The position numbers and the translations under genes were made by a program. The notes under the pieces were generated by a model. The model did not search any database, was not told where the DNA came from, and saw nothing but the letters and a program-made list of their open reading frames with translations. Of a stretch of 64,000 bases of DNA, positions 20,267-29,796 are shown piece by piece. Position 1 is the stretch's first letter. Every line of letters begins with the position of its first letter. This DNA comes from Candidatus Bathyarchaeota archaeon (GTDB lineage: Archaea; Thermoproteota; Bathyarchaeia; TCS64), in the NCBI GenBank assembly GCA_963769425.1, contig CAVYLP010000004.1, forward strand, positions 320,001-384,000. The letters are read 5' to 3'.

Positions 20267-20749
20267 ATGCCGAAGATAACGCTGACCGTCAAGACCCAGT
20301 TCGGGGACATACAGGTGTCGGGGGAGAACCCCGAGGAGCTTCTCAGCGGCCTAGACTGGCTCACACAAGAGTACGTAGCGCAGCTCAATGAGAAGGTCTC
20401 CGTGGTTGTCTCAAAGCAAGCCCTCGACCACCTGAAGGACATAGTCGAGATGAGGCGGGACGGCCCAATACTCGTCTGCAAGGAGGAGATAAGCCACTAC
20501 GAGGCTATCGGGTTACTCCTCTACGCGATGAAGGGTTACCAGGCGACGGGGAAGGAGTTGAAGGCTTTCCTCAACGAGAGCGGGCGCAAGGTGATAGTGC
20601 CCGCTCGGCTTCACGAGATGGTGAAGAAGGGCGTGCTCTTCCGCCCCGAGGGGAGGGGGAGTATCTACAAGCTGACGGCGAAGGGCGTCAACTGGGTGGA
20701 GAAGGAGGTTCTTCCGCCGATTCGGGAGAAGCAGGCTGCGTTGGCCTAG
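20267..20749 (+). CDS. Hypothetical protein: N-terminal beta-hairpin domain plus C-terminal winged helix
   Basis: ITLTVKTQFGDIQVSG N-terminus; ARLHEMVKKGVLF...YKLTAKG wing motif. Confidence 0.75.
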   Translation: MPKITLTVKTQFGDIQVSGENPEELLSGLDWLTQEYVAQLNEKVSVVVSKQALDHLKDIVEMRRDGPILVCKEEISHYEAIGLLLYAMKGYQATGKELKAFLNESGRKVIVPARLHEMVKKGVLFRPEGRGSIYKLTAKGVNWVEKEVLPPIREKQAALA

Positions 20750-21062
20750 GGTGTGCCCTTTCGTAGTCCTCGTACATGTCGGAAACAGTGACGAGTAGAC
20801 TGAGTATGATCTGCTTAGCTTCGCAGGTGTAGCCTCCGTCCTTGAATGGGCTGCGCTGTATGAGATTCTTCTCGAGGAGCTTCGACACCGCCCTCTCCGT
20901 CGCCTTGGGCGTGAGGTTGAGTTCCGTCGAGATCTCCTTCACCGTCATCGTCCTCGCAGTCCCCAGTAGGTGGAATACTATCTGGAACTGGCTCGGCGCC
21001 TTCCGTAGCTTGAGGAGCGTGTCCGTCCTGTCCCTTAGCTCGGCAAGCTGCTTCTCAGACAT
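20688..21062 (-). CDS. Small winged-helix (TrmB/MarR-like) protein
   Basis: MTVKEISTELNLTPKATERAVSKLLEKNLIQR. Confidence 0.8.
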   Translation of the reverse strand: MSEKQLAELRDRTDTLLKLRKAPSQFQIVFHLLGTARTMTVKEISTELNLTPKATERAVSKLLEKNLIQRSPFKDGGYTCEAKQIILSLLVTVSDMYEDYERAHPRPTQPASPESAEEPPSPPS

Positions 21063-21141
21063 CTTTTCCCGATGCCACTTTCTCTCATGACCTTTTAAAT
21101 GATACCTATCGGCGTGGAGCAGGGAGGTGGTCGAAAGTGGC

Positions 21142-21399
21142 TTACTTGTGCCCCATGTCCCGGTAGAGCTTCATGATCAAATCATAAGGCGTCACGACGG
21201 CGACGTAGCCCTCGGGGCGTGCCTCGACTAGGCCCTGCTTCTTCAACTCCGCGAGGCGCGCTCGGACCGTGGAGCCGTTCTCCCCCAGAACCACAGCGAT
21301 CTCCTGCGGCTTGAGGATGCTCCCCCTAAAGGCTAGGTGGCAGAGTATCTTGTAGGCTGAGGTCTCGGGTTCTAGCTGGTCGAGCTTCTCGGCGCTCAT
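21142..21399 (-). CDS. Small winged-helix protein
   Basis: LKPQEIAVVLGENGSTVRARLAELKKQGLV. Confidence 0.85.
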   Translation of the reverse strand: MSAEKLDQLEPETSAYKILCHLAFRGSILKPQEIAVVLGENGSTVRARLAELKKQGLVEARPEGYVAVVTPYDLIMKLYRDMGHK

Positions 21400-21662
21400 T
21401 TGGTGAAATACTCCTTGAGGAGCGTGACTAGGATGGGGCCGAGCTTGTAGCGGTAGACTCCGCGGCTGACGGGGTCGACGAGCCCCTTGTTCTTGAGATT
21501 GAAGAGGGCGATGTTGACGGCGTTGACGGTGAGCTTGAGTTTCTCGGCGATCTCCTGACTCGACATGGCCTCGCCGCTCTCAACGAGGCAGAGTAGCACC
21601 TGCTGCTGGCTTTCTGCTCGCCTCAGGCCCTCAAGCTCGTCCGCGCCAACCAACCCGGTCAC
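21396..21662 (-). CDS. Small winged-helix protein
   Basis: MSSQEIAEKLKLTVNAVNIALFNLKNKGLV..VSRGVY. Confidence 0.85.
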   Translation of the reverse strand: MTGLVGADELEGLRRAESQQQVLLCLVESGEAMSSQEIAEKLKLTVNAVNIALFNLKNKGLVDPVSRGVYRYKLGPILVTLLKEYFTK

Positions 21663-21916
21663 TTCTTCGCGAAGATGTATGAAACGAAGTCGGTGAAGGG
21701 GATGGCGCTTCTGTAGGTACCGTCTTCTTGCTGCTTGACGTAACCCTTGTCGAGGAGGCTACGGAGCGCTGGACGTACTGTGCCTGGGGCGATGCCTGTC
21801 TCCTCGCTAATAGCTCCAGGGAGGCTCGCGCCACGGAATGCCAGGTATGTTAGGGTCTTGAATTGCGCCGTATCCGGTTTGAGCTCTTGCGTCGCCTTAT
21901 CGATCAGCTCTGCCAA
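21659..21916 (-). CDS. Small winged-helix protein
   Basis: PGAISEETGIAPGTVRPALRSLLDKGYV. Confidence 0.85.
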   Translation of the reverse strand: MAELIDKATQELKPDTAQFKTLTYLAFRGASLPGAISEETGIAPGTVRPALRSLLDKGYVKQQEDGTYRSAIPFTDFVSYIFAKK

Positions 21917-21917
21917 T

Positions 21918-22163
21918 CTACTTCACCTGCTTCTCCAGTGCCTCAATTCTCTCCATTAGATGGATGACGATCCCTGCGTAGTTAGGCTCGTAGTTGCCCC
22001 GCCCGCTCCTTTGGAGGAGCCCTTCACGGGCCAGCTTGGCGAAGGCGTCCTTGACAGAGTTGTACTTAGCGTCGAGCTTGGCCGCCATCTGCTCGGGGCC
22101 GAGTGTTGGGTCTTGGAGGAAGCTGCGGAAAACCTTGTCCTTTAGGCTCAAATCCTCGGACAT
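21918..22163 (-). CDS. Small winged-helix protein
   Basis: GPEQMAAKLDAKYNSVKDAFAKLAREGLL..SGRGNY. Confidence 0.8.
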   Translation of the reverse strand: MSEDLSLKDKVFRSFLQDPTLGPEQMAAKLDAKYNSVKDAFAKLAREGLLQRSGRGNYEPNYAGIVIHLMERIEALEKQVK

Positions 22164-22333
22164 TTGATTAAAACTGGCCCGTACTTCTTATTAACTTTGT
22201 TTTTGACCTGGCGATGTCGGATCGCTCGTGGAGTGGTTTTACCGAGCGTTATCATTTCTTTATTTATATATAAAATGGCGTTTAAACCAAATTACGCTCT
22301 ATGCATTCGATCACTTTATATGTCTAGGAAAAA

Positions 22334-23431
22334 ATGTGTTGTGCAGGGACAGTTCTGGGGGTTAATCGTCGAGTGCTAAGTCTTGAGGAGCGGGCGGGGG
22401 TAATTGAGGGAGTACGGAGGCCGGGGGAGAGTCTGAGCCTCTCCATAAGGGACCTCCTGCTGGGCGAGATTTCGAGTGACGTGGCGTCTGAGCAACCCGC
22501 CGTCGCTGCCTTAGCTGCTAGGATCAGGGAGGAGATGAGCCTCTTCCCCATGACGAAGCATGAGGTATTCAAGAGAGTGGCTGGTGTGGACGCGGGGAGC
22601 CAGATCCTGCCCCTTGCATCGAAGAGGTATGGCGTCGTCAGCGCACTCGCCTACGGGCTTCCGGGGGGAGCTAAATTTTGGATGCGCCCCGAGTCGATGT
22701 CGCTTCCGTACGGTGTCGCGGGGAATAGGTTCGAGGGGATGGTGAACGCGAGGAGGGAGGCGAAGCTCTACGAGACCGCAGCCGTCTACCTAATTGCCCA
22801 CCCCGAGACCGAGCTACTCCTAGTCGACGGTCCACTCGCCTTCAGCGACTGGTGGAGGATGACGGGCTGCCACAAGGACCAGAAGAGGCTCCTCGACGCC
22901 GTCAACAATCTTCTTCACCTCGGCAGGGAAGCTGGTGTCGCCCTCGCCGGCGTCGTGAAGAGGCCGAGCGCCAGGTACCTCCTTTACCATCTCGGCATGC
23001 AGGGGGAGACTCAACTACCCGACAGCTTCCTCCTCCTCCACGCGCTGAGGCCGGGGGAGAGGACGGACATCTTCTCGCCGAAGTCCGCGCTGGCGCAGGC
23101 GAGCAGGCCCGCCGCCTTCATGGGCTCCCTAGACGTCCCCATCTACAGCTTCTATGCAAGGATGACACGGGAGTGGAGCCTCCCCCCCATTAGGGTGGAC
23201 CTCCCCGCCCACTGCCTCGGGGGGCTCGACGACGTCGCCGACTACTGCTATGGGACGGCGCTAAACAACGGCATACCTCTCCCCCTAGTGAAGGCGGACG
23301 AGGAGGTCAAGATAACCCGCCGCTTCATGGCGGAGGTCTACGGGGAGATACTGAGCAGGGTGAGCAGGCGCACCGGGGAGGTACGGGGGCTCGCGCCGTA
23401 CTGGGGTGAGGGCAGATGGATGGGGGCTTGA
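22334..23431 (+). CDS. NurA-domain nuclease (true start probably further downstream)
   Basis: VAGVDAGS, LLLVDGPL, GVVKR and GIPLPLVKADEEVKI motifs match the NurA RNase H-fold pattern. Confidence 0.8.
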   Translation: MCCAGTVLGVNRRVLSLEERAGVIEGVRRPGESLSLSIRDLLLGEISSDVASEQPAVAALAARIREEMSLFPMTKHEVFKRVAGVDAGSQILPLASKRYGVVSALAYGLPGGAKFWMRPESMSLPYGVAGNRFEGMVNARREAKLYETAAVYLIAHPETELLLVDGPLAFSDWWRMTGCHKDQKRLLDAVNNLLHLGREAGVALAGVVKRPSARYLLYHLGMQGETQLPDSFLLLHALRPGERTDIFSPKSALAQASRPAAFMGSLDVPIYSFYARMTREWSLPPIRVDLPAHCLGGLDDVADYCYGTALNNGIPLPLVKADEEVKITRRFMAEVYGEILSRVSRRTGEVRGLAPYWGEGRWMGA

Positions 23432-24930
23432 AGGTAGGGCATACCTACAGCCTGACGGGCGAGTACAGCATCGATAAGATCACTGTGCTCCTCATGAGGG
23501 GACGTGAGTTGGCGAAGGGCGACCTCGTCTACGTCAAGCACCCTAAGAACGGGTCACCCGTCGTTTACCAGGTCGTCAAGGTCTACCCCCACAAGCGGGT
23601 CCGCGAGTACGAGGAGGCCCTGCTCACAGAGGGGCGAGTCATAGACGACGCCGAGGACTCCAGTCTGCACGCAGAGGCGTACCAGTGGGGGTGGATGGAC
23701 GGGGAGGGCAGCCTCAGGCCGCTACGGTACCCACTCGCCCCAAACACGCAGGTCTTCGCGGCGGAGCGCGACCTTGTCGCGAAGTTCACGAAGCCGAACG
23801 GGGAGTGGAAGTTCCTACTCGGCACGGACCCGACGACCGACCTCGATGTTGAACTGGGTCTCTACCCGTTGATCCGGCAGAGCTGTCTCATCTGCGGGGC
23901 GGTTGGGACAGGGAAGACGACGACGGCAGTAAGCATGGTGGCACGCGCTGCAAACGCGAATCCCCCTGTCCGCTTCTTTATAGTCGATAAGGACGGGGAG
24001 TACAGCAGCTTAACCGACCGCCTCGGGGCGGGCGCCGTCCTCAAGGTACCTTGGAGCAGCTTCTTCCAGCCCGGTGACATCCCCTGGGACGACTACGTCG
24101 CCGAGTTCGGGTGGCAGAAGACGTGGTGGAACGCTAAGATACTCGTCCAGGCGCTGAAAGTCCTCTACGCGCAGGCCGCCACCGTCACGAAGGCGAACCT
24201 ACGTCGGGCTGTCACCATCGTAAGCCCCGAGAACCTGGGATTCAACAAGAAGTCGGAGGAGTGGGAGCTATACAGGGCACAGGTGGAGAACGCCATAAAC
24301 GCGAGCCGACTCATCCCCGAGGGCGAAGCCACCGTCCTAGACCCAGTCCAGCTCCTCAAGGAGAGGAAGATAATCATCATGGACCTTAGCGACGGCAAGG
24401 ACACTTGGGAGCAGAAGCACCTTGTTGTGGCTCAGGTTCTCCGGAAGATCTTCGGTGAGGCCCTGGAGAACAGGAAGTTCGGATGCATCGTACTGCTCGA
24501 GGAGGCGATGTACTACGCGCCTCAGCACGGCGTCTTCGAGATAGGTGAGAAGGAGAGCCGGGGGAAGCTACTTAGTGTCATCAAGGAGATCGCTACGAAC
24601 GGTGGGCGTAACGGCGTCGGCCTCTGGGCGGTGACGCAGCGCCTCGCTACCGTGGAGAAGACCGTAGTTACCCAGTGCGCTAACAACATTATCTGTCATG
24701 GTCTCGAGGACCTCGACAAGCAGCGCCTCGCAGAGATAATGGGGGACGAGTTTACGCAGCTCATAGGCGACTTGCCCCCGGGGGAGGCTATAGTGAAGGG
24801 AACCGCATTAAAGTGTCGGTTTCCTATCTGGGTCAAGGTGCTCCCCGAGGTCTACCCCGCGTCGAGCCTGAGTACCCCGATGAGTCGCTTTGTCCACATG
24901 GCATTGACCGAGGCGGCCGCTCCCCAATAA
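23428..24930 (+). CDS. HerA/FtsK-family ATPase (HAS-barrel-like N-terminus, DUF87-type)
   Basis: Walker A GAVGTGKT, IVDKDGEY, Walker B LLEEAMYYAP, GVGLWAVTQR and LPPGEAIV; the TTG start overlaps the nurA stop. Confidence 0.85.
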   Translation: MKVGHTYSLTGEYSIDKITVLLMRGRELAKGDLVYVKHPKNGSPVVYQVVKVYPHKRVREYEEALLTEGRVIDDAEDSSLHAEAYQWGWMDGEGSLRPLRYPLAPNTQVFAAERDLVAKFTKPNGEWKFLLGTDPTTDLDVELGLYPLIRQSCLICGAVGTGKTTTAVSMVARAANANPPVRFFIVDKDGEYSSLTDRLGAGAVLKVPWSSFFQPGDIPWDDYVAEFGWQKTWWNAKILVQALKVLYAQAATVTKANLRRAVTIVSPENLGFNKKSEEWELYRAQVENAINASRLIPEGEATVLDPVQLLKERKIIIMDLSDGKDTWEQKHLVVAQVLRKIFGEALENRKFGCIVLLEEAMYYAPQHGVFEIGEKESRGKLLSVIKEIATNGGRNGVGLWAVTQRLATVEKTVVTQCANNIICHGLEDLDKQRLAEIMGDEFTQLIGDLPPGEAIVKGTALKCRFPIWVKVLPEVYPASSLSTPMSRFVHMALTEAAAPQ

Positions 24931-24962
24931 TTATTAATAAAACACCCACAGCCGGGGGATAC

Positions 24963-25948
24963 ATGGGTGCAGCGCAGACAACAAGGCACAGACGCGTAGA
25001 CTACGGTCGGAGCCTCCTCAAGATCATCGTGCTGTTTGTTCTACTCAGTGCCTGTCTGAGCATCGTCGTTATCCTATTCCAGTGGCAGGACGTGCAGCAG
25101 CTGCCCGTGTTCCTCAGACCATACGCTCCGATACTGCTCGCCATCAGCCCACACCTCCGCTACATAAACGCGGTGATAATCATCGTCCTCGGTTACTTAA
25201 TCGTCGGTGAGGTGGGGCACATAGTCTACGCATATATGCGCGGCTTCGCTGACCAGTCCTCTGCGGCAACGGTCCAAAACATCACGAGGATCGTGGGATT
25301 CGGCGTCCTCCTGGCGGTGTTAGCCTCCGTGTTCAGCGTCGACCCCGCAGCGGCACTCACCCTCGGCGGGTTCGGGGGCTAGTCGTAGGCTTCGCGACGC
25401 AGACGTTCCTATCTAATACAATTGCGGGCATCTTCGTCCTGGTAACCCGCCCCTTCACATTCGGCGATGTTGTCACGATATCAGGAAATTGCGGTACCGT
25501 CAAGGAGATCAGGATCATGCACCTACTTCTGGAGTCATCCGACGGCTCCAAGGATATACTGATACCAAACAGCCTCGTGCTTAGCCAGGTGATCCTGAAG
25601 AACAGGCCCGGGGTGAGGATGGGGCCGACCCCGACGCTGCTCACACTCGACCCGCTTCCTGAGAAGGTGAAGATTGGCGAGAAGATAGTGTTCACGGGGA
25701 GGTTGACGGATACGACGAATGGGAAGCCGATGGCTGAGGCGACCGTATTAATCCTTGACAGGGACATTGGAAAGGACGACCTGCTCGGGGAGGGGGTAAC
25801 CGACGCCGAGGGAGCCTACCGCGTCGAGTGGGAGGCCCGAAAGGTGGACGAGTTCGACGACACAGCCGAGGTATACGCCAAGTTCGAGGGGGACGAAGAT
25901 CACAGATCCTGTCACACGAAGCGGTACGTCGTCGAGATACTGAAGTGA
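24963..25948 (+). CDS. mscS: MscS-family mechanosensitive channel with an extra C-terminal Ig-like domain, frameshifted at about 25374-25379
   Basis: TM helices, GGFGG/LVVGFATQTFLSNTIAG, RPFTFGDVV and IPNS motifs; adding one G to the G5 run joins the frames. Confidence 0.8.
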
Positions 25949-25998
25949 GTCATTAAGGCTTAAACAGCGGCGTCGGCGCCACTCTCATGGTGTGATCG

Positions 25999-26430
25999 AT
26001 GAGTCCTAGCCGCCTCTATCCTGAGCGCCCCATGATCGGTGTGGGTACGCTGATCCGAAAGGGCGAGGAGTACCTCCTGATCAAGCGCGCATCCGAGCCC
26101 GATAAGGGGCTCTGGTCAGTCCCCGGGGGGATGGTGGAGCTTGGAGAGAAGACGAGGGAGGCCGCCGTGAGGGAGGCGGAGGAGGAGACGGGGCTCGTAG
26201 TGGAGATTCTTGAGGACCTCGGCGTCGTCGACAAGATAGTGAGGGATGAGGCGGGGAGGGTGAGGTACCACTTCGTGATAATCGACTACCTCGCGGAGCC
26301 GGTCTCGGGGGTGATGCACCACCACGATGACGCCTTAGACGCCCGCTGGGTTCACCCGCGTGACTTCAGGAAGTACGAGATGTCCCCGACGCTTGTTGAT
26401 CTATTGAAGAAGATCGACCTGTACCCCTAG
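25999..26430 (+). CDS. Nudix hydrolase
   Basis: Nudix box GGMVELGEKTREAAVREAEEETGL. Confidence 0.95.
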   Translation: MSPSRLYPERPMIGVGTLIRKGEEYLLIKRASEPDKGLWSVPGGMVELGEKTREAAVREAEEETGLVVEILEDLGVVDKIVRDEAGRVRYHFVIIDYLAEPVSGVMHHHDDALDARWVHPRDFRKYEMSPTLVDLLKKIDLYP

Positions 26431-26480
26431 ACCTGAGCCCCTCACGCTTTTAAGGAGAGAAACCCACCTGAGTTGCCGTA

Positions 26481-27416
26481 GTGATTGCTTTGGTTAAGGC
26501 ATCCGACTTCAAGGGGAAGGACGTACTGTCCATGCGGGACTACGGCCGCGAGGAGATCGACTTCATCCTCGACGAGTCCACGAAGATGGTTAAGGTGGCG
26601 GAGAAGCCCAGCGCCCTCTGCGCGGGCAAGGTGATGGCGGCGCTATTCTGGGAGCCGAGCACGCGCACTCGCCTCAGCTTCGAGACGGCGATGCTCCGCC
26701 TCGGCGGAGGAGTCACGGGCTTCAGCGACCCGAGCGCCAGCTCGGTGAAGAAGGGGGAGACGCTGGAGGATACGATAAAGACGGTGGAGTGCTACGCGGA
26801 CATAATCGCGATGCGCCACCCGGAGATCGACTCCGCTGCGAGAGCAGCGGCTGCAGCTAGCATCCCGATCCTCAACGGTGGGGCGGGCTCGGGCGAGCAC
26901 CCGACTCAAGCCCTCCTCGACCTGCACACGATGAAGTATGCGAAGGGGAAGATCGACGGGCTGAAGATCGGGCTCTGCGGCGACCTCCTCTACGGGCGTA
27001 CCACACACAGCCTCGCACTTGCCCTGAACCACTTCGACGTGGAGCTATACCTCATCGCCCCCAAGGAGCTGTCGATGAAGGAGGACATCAGGAAAGACCT
27101 CAAGATGAAGGTCAACGAGGGGACCGACTTAGCCAAGGTCATCCCCAAGCTCGACGTCCTCTACGACACGCGCATCCAGAAGGAGCGCTTCACAGACCCG
27201 GCGAAGTACGAGGAGCTGAAGAACGCGTACATCATCGACCCCGCGATGGTGAGAAGAGGGAAGAAGGACCTCGTCCTCATGCACCCGCTCCCCCGCGTCA
27301 ACGAGATCACGACGGACGTTGACTCGATGCCGAACGCGTGGTACTTCAAACAGGTGAAGCACGGCGTCTACGTGAGGATGGCGCTCATCGCCCTCCTCCT
27401 CGGAGCCATCAAGTGA
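26481..27416 (+). CDS. pyrB: Aspartate carbamoyltransferase catalytic subunit
   Basis: EPSTRTRLSF, HPTQALLD, TRIQKERF and MHPLPR motifs. Confidence 0.97.
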   Translation: MIALVKASDFKGKDVLSMRDYGREEIDFILDESTKMVKVAEKPSALCAGKVMAALFWEPSTRTRLSFETAMLRLGGGVTGFSDPSASSVKKGETLEDTIKTVECYADIIAMRHPEIDSAARAAAAASIPILNGGAGSGEHPTQALLDLHTMKYAKGKIDGLKIGLCGDLLYGRTTHSLALALNHFDVELYLIAPKELSMKEDIRKDLKMKVNEGTDLAKVIPKLDVLYDTRIQKERFTDPAKYEELKNAYIIDPAMVRRGKKDLVLMHPLPRVNEITTDVDSMPNAWYFKQVKHGVYVRMALIALLLGAIK

Positions 27417-27424
27417 CCTTTTTT

Positions 27425-28045
27425 CTAGCCTACCCATAAGTAGGCAAGGGAGAGACAACCAAAGCCAGCGATTATCAGGCCGGACCCCATGTTCACGGCC
27501 CTCATCCACCGGTCGTCGAACCTGCCCCTGAGCAGCCCCACGTCGAGGGTCAGCACTACCCACCAGCAGGCTGATCCGAGGAAGACGCCAAGCGTCACAA
27601 TCGCTGCCTGATCGAGCCCCACCAAGGCGACGCCGAAGCCCGCGAAGACCGCCGTGAACATCAGTATGGTGAGCGGATTCGTCACCGTTAACAGGAGTGT
27701 GGAGAGGTAGTTTGTGAGGAGGCCCCCACCCTTAGCCTCTGCAGCCCTCTCCAGGGGGCGCGACCTGAAGGTCTGGGCGCCGAGGTAGACTAGGAAGGCA
27801 CCCCCGATTAACCTCAGCCACGTCTGCTGTCCGATGAGGAAACTGGAGACGAATGAGAGGCCGAAAGCCGCGACTCCCCCATAGGACGCGTCGCCTGTTG
27901 CCGCGCCTAGCCCTGTGACTAGTCCCTTGAGTCTCCCCTCGGCGAGGGTCCTCCTGATGCAGAGGACGCCGATTGGCCCGACGGGTATGGCTATGCTCAA
28001 CCCGATTATGAAACCTCGGGCGAGGAGGTCGAGCGTCGGGGCCAT
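27425..28045 (-). CDS. LysE-family translocator
   Basis: IPVGPIGVLCIRRTL, GGAFLVYLG and TNPLT motifs. Confidence 0.92.
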   Translation of the reverse strand: MAPTLDLLARGFIIGLSIAIPVGPIGVLCIRRTLAEGRLKGLVTGLGAATGDASYGGVAAFGLSFVSSFLIGQQTWLRLIGGAFLVYLGAQTFRSRPLERAAEAKGGGLLTNYLSTLLLTVTNPLTILMFTAVFAGFGVALVGLDQAAIVTLGVFLGSACWWVVLTLDVGLLRGRFDDRWMRAVNMGSGLIIAGFGCLSLAYLWVG

Positions 28046-28086
28046 GGAGAAACTTGGCCGCGACTCGTTAAAAGATGCTCGACCGG

Positions 28087-28524
28087 CTAGGGTGTGACCA
28101 TGAAGTCGAAATTCTTGCCCTTGACTATCTTTGCCTCCTCTGGGCAGACGTTTATGATAACCCTCTCGTGTAGGTGGCTACCCTGCGTGAACCATGGGTA
28201 CTTGGCGAACTCGGGATGCCAGAAGAGCATCCACCACTTCCACTTCTGGCGGACTTCCTCCTCGGGGGCCAGGGTGGCTGAGCCGGTTATCTCGTACATA
28301 TCTCCCTCCCTGTTGCTCGGGAAGGTGATCTTGATCCTGGGGTTCTTCGTTATTTGCTCGACCTTGTTCGTCTGCCTGAAGGTGGCGAACCAGATGGTGC
28401 TGTAGGGGTCCTCGTTGTAGTTGGTCATCGGCCTGTGGAACTGCTTGCCGCGCTCGCCGATGGTTGTTACGTAGACGACCCTCGCGTTCTTGAAATCCTC
28501 ATCCATTCCCTCTATCTTGTTCAT
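28087..28524 (-). CDS. Pyridoxamine 5'-phosphate oxidase-like FMN-binding protein
   Basis: RPM, IWFAT...NKVEQI..NP and ITGSA motifs. Confidence 0.8.
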   Translation of the reverse strand: MNKIEGMDEDFKNARVVYVTTIGERGKQFHRPMTNYNEDPYSTIWFATFRQTNKVEQITKNPRIKITFPSNREGDMYEITGSATLAPEEEVRQKWKWWMLFWHPEFAKYPWFTQGSHLHERVIINVCPEEAKIVKGKNFDFMVTP

Positions 28525-28570
28525 GTCGGGTAATATTTTGAGGAATCTTTTTTTAAACAGGTGAGATGGC

Positions 28571-29227
28571 TCAGCCCTTGTCGACGCGTGTGAACATGTC
28601 GCGTACCCGCCTCCACCTGTTCTCTTCCTCGTTGGTTTGTGGTGCTTTTGCTTCCTTTGTGTATGCCTCGGGGATTCGGTAGAGGAACATCTTGTGGCTC
28701 CCCATAACGTGGGGGGAGCCGTCGGGTTGGTCGGTGACCCAGCCGTGGATGGGAAAGTCGTGGCTCACGACCCTAGCGCCGGGCTTGAGCTCGGCCTCCA
28801 GCTTCGGGCGGAGCTTGGCGTTCCCGCTTGTGGTTAGGTAGAGGGTCACTATCGTGGCGGGGCTGAGGTCCACCTCCATGAAGTTGGTCTGGATCGCGGC
28901 TATGCGCCCGACCATCCCAGATTCCTTTATCTTCTTCTCCAGCGCCTCGACCATTTCATGGTCGAGGTCGTAGCCGACGGCCCGGGTGACGTTGAACTCC
29001 TGCACGGCGGTGAATAGTACGCGCCCGTCGCCGCAGCCGAGGTCGTAGACGACGTCCCCGGGGCCCGCGCCGGCGAGTGTGAGCATCTCGCGGACTATGT
29101 TTTGGGGGGTTGGCACGTAGGGGGCGAGGCTGTCGGGGTGGTCTCCCCAGAAGGTGGCGCGGACCCAGTCCGGCACCTTGCGCTCCTGCTCCTCGGGGCG
29201 CCGCTCATCGACCATAAGTGAAGACAC
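28571..29227 (-). CDS. Class I SAM-dependent methyltransferase (protein-lysine methyltransferase-like)
   Basis: PYVPTP, YDLGCGDGR, TLYL and GARVVSHDF motifs. Confidence 0.88.
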   Translation of the reverse strand: MSSLMVDERRPEEQERKVPDWVRATFWGDHPDSLAPYVPTPQNIVREMLTLAGAGPGDVVYDLGCGDGRVLFTAVQEFNVTRAVGYDLDHEMVEALEKKIKESGMVGRIAAIQTNFMEVDLSPATIVTLYLTTSGNAKLRPKLEAELKPGARVVSHDFPIHGWVTDQPDGSPHVMGSHKMFLYRIPEAYTKEAKAPQTNEEENRWRRVRDMFTRVDKG

Positions 29228-29294
29228 GCCCTAACCCGTTCATATACCCTGCGAGGGGTCTCAAGTTTTAAGCCCAACAGGCGGAGGATCATTC

Positions 29295-29777
29295 ATGGAG
29301 TTCAAGGTCGTTAGGGTGGAGGCCCCGCAGGACTGTAACCTCATCCTCGGGCAGAGCCACTTCATAAAGACGGTCGAGGACGTCTACGAGGCTCTCGCCT
29401 CGTCGGCGGCCGGGATCAAGTTTGGGCTCGCCTTCTGCGAGTCGAGCGGGGAGTGTCTGGTCCGCCATGATGGGAACGACGCAGAGCTAAGGAGGAAGGC
29501 GGCGGAGGCGGCCCTCGCCATCGGTTGCGGGCACAGCTTCATAGTCTTCCTCAAGGGAGCCTACCCGATCAACGTCCTCACCCAGCTGAAGGCTGTACCC
29601 GAGGTCTGCGGCATCTACGCCGCGACCTCCAACCCCCTAGAGGTCATCGTTGTAGAGACGGATCAGGGCCGCGGCATCATGGGCGTCGTCGATGGAGCTA
29701 AGCCGAGGGGCGTCGAGGACGAGGTCGGGATCAAGTGGCGCAGGGACTTCCTCAGGAAGATTGGGTACAAGACCTGA
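29295..29777 (+). CDS. Adenosine-specific kinase family protein (DUF355)
   Basis: NLILGQSHFIKTVED, FCESSG, YPINVL and GRGIMGVVDG motifs. Confidence 0.9.
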   Translation: MEFKVVRVEAPQDCNLILGQSHFIKTVEDVYEALASSAAGIKFGLAFCESSGECLVRHDGNDAELRRKAAEAALAIGCGHSFIVFLKGAYPINVLTQLKAVPEVCGIYAATSNPLEVIVVETDQGRGIMGVVDGAKPRGVEDEVGIKWRRDFLRKIGYKT

Positions 29778-29796
29778 TCCTCAGGGAGATGGTTTC

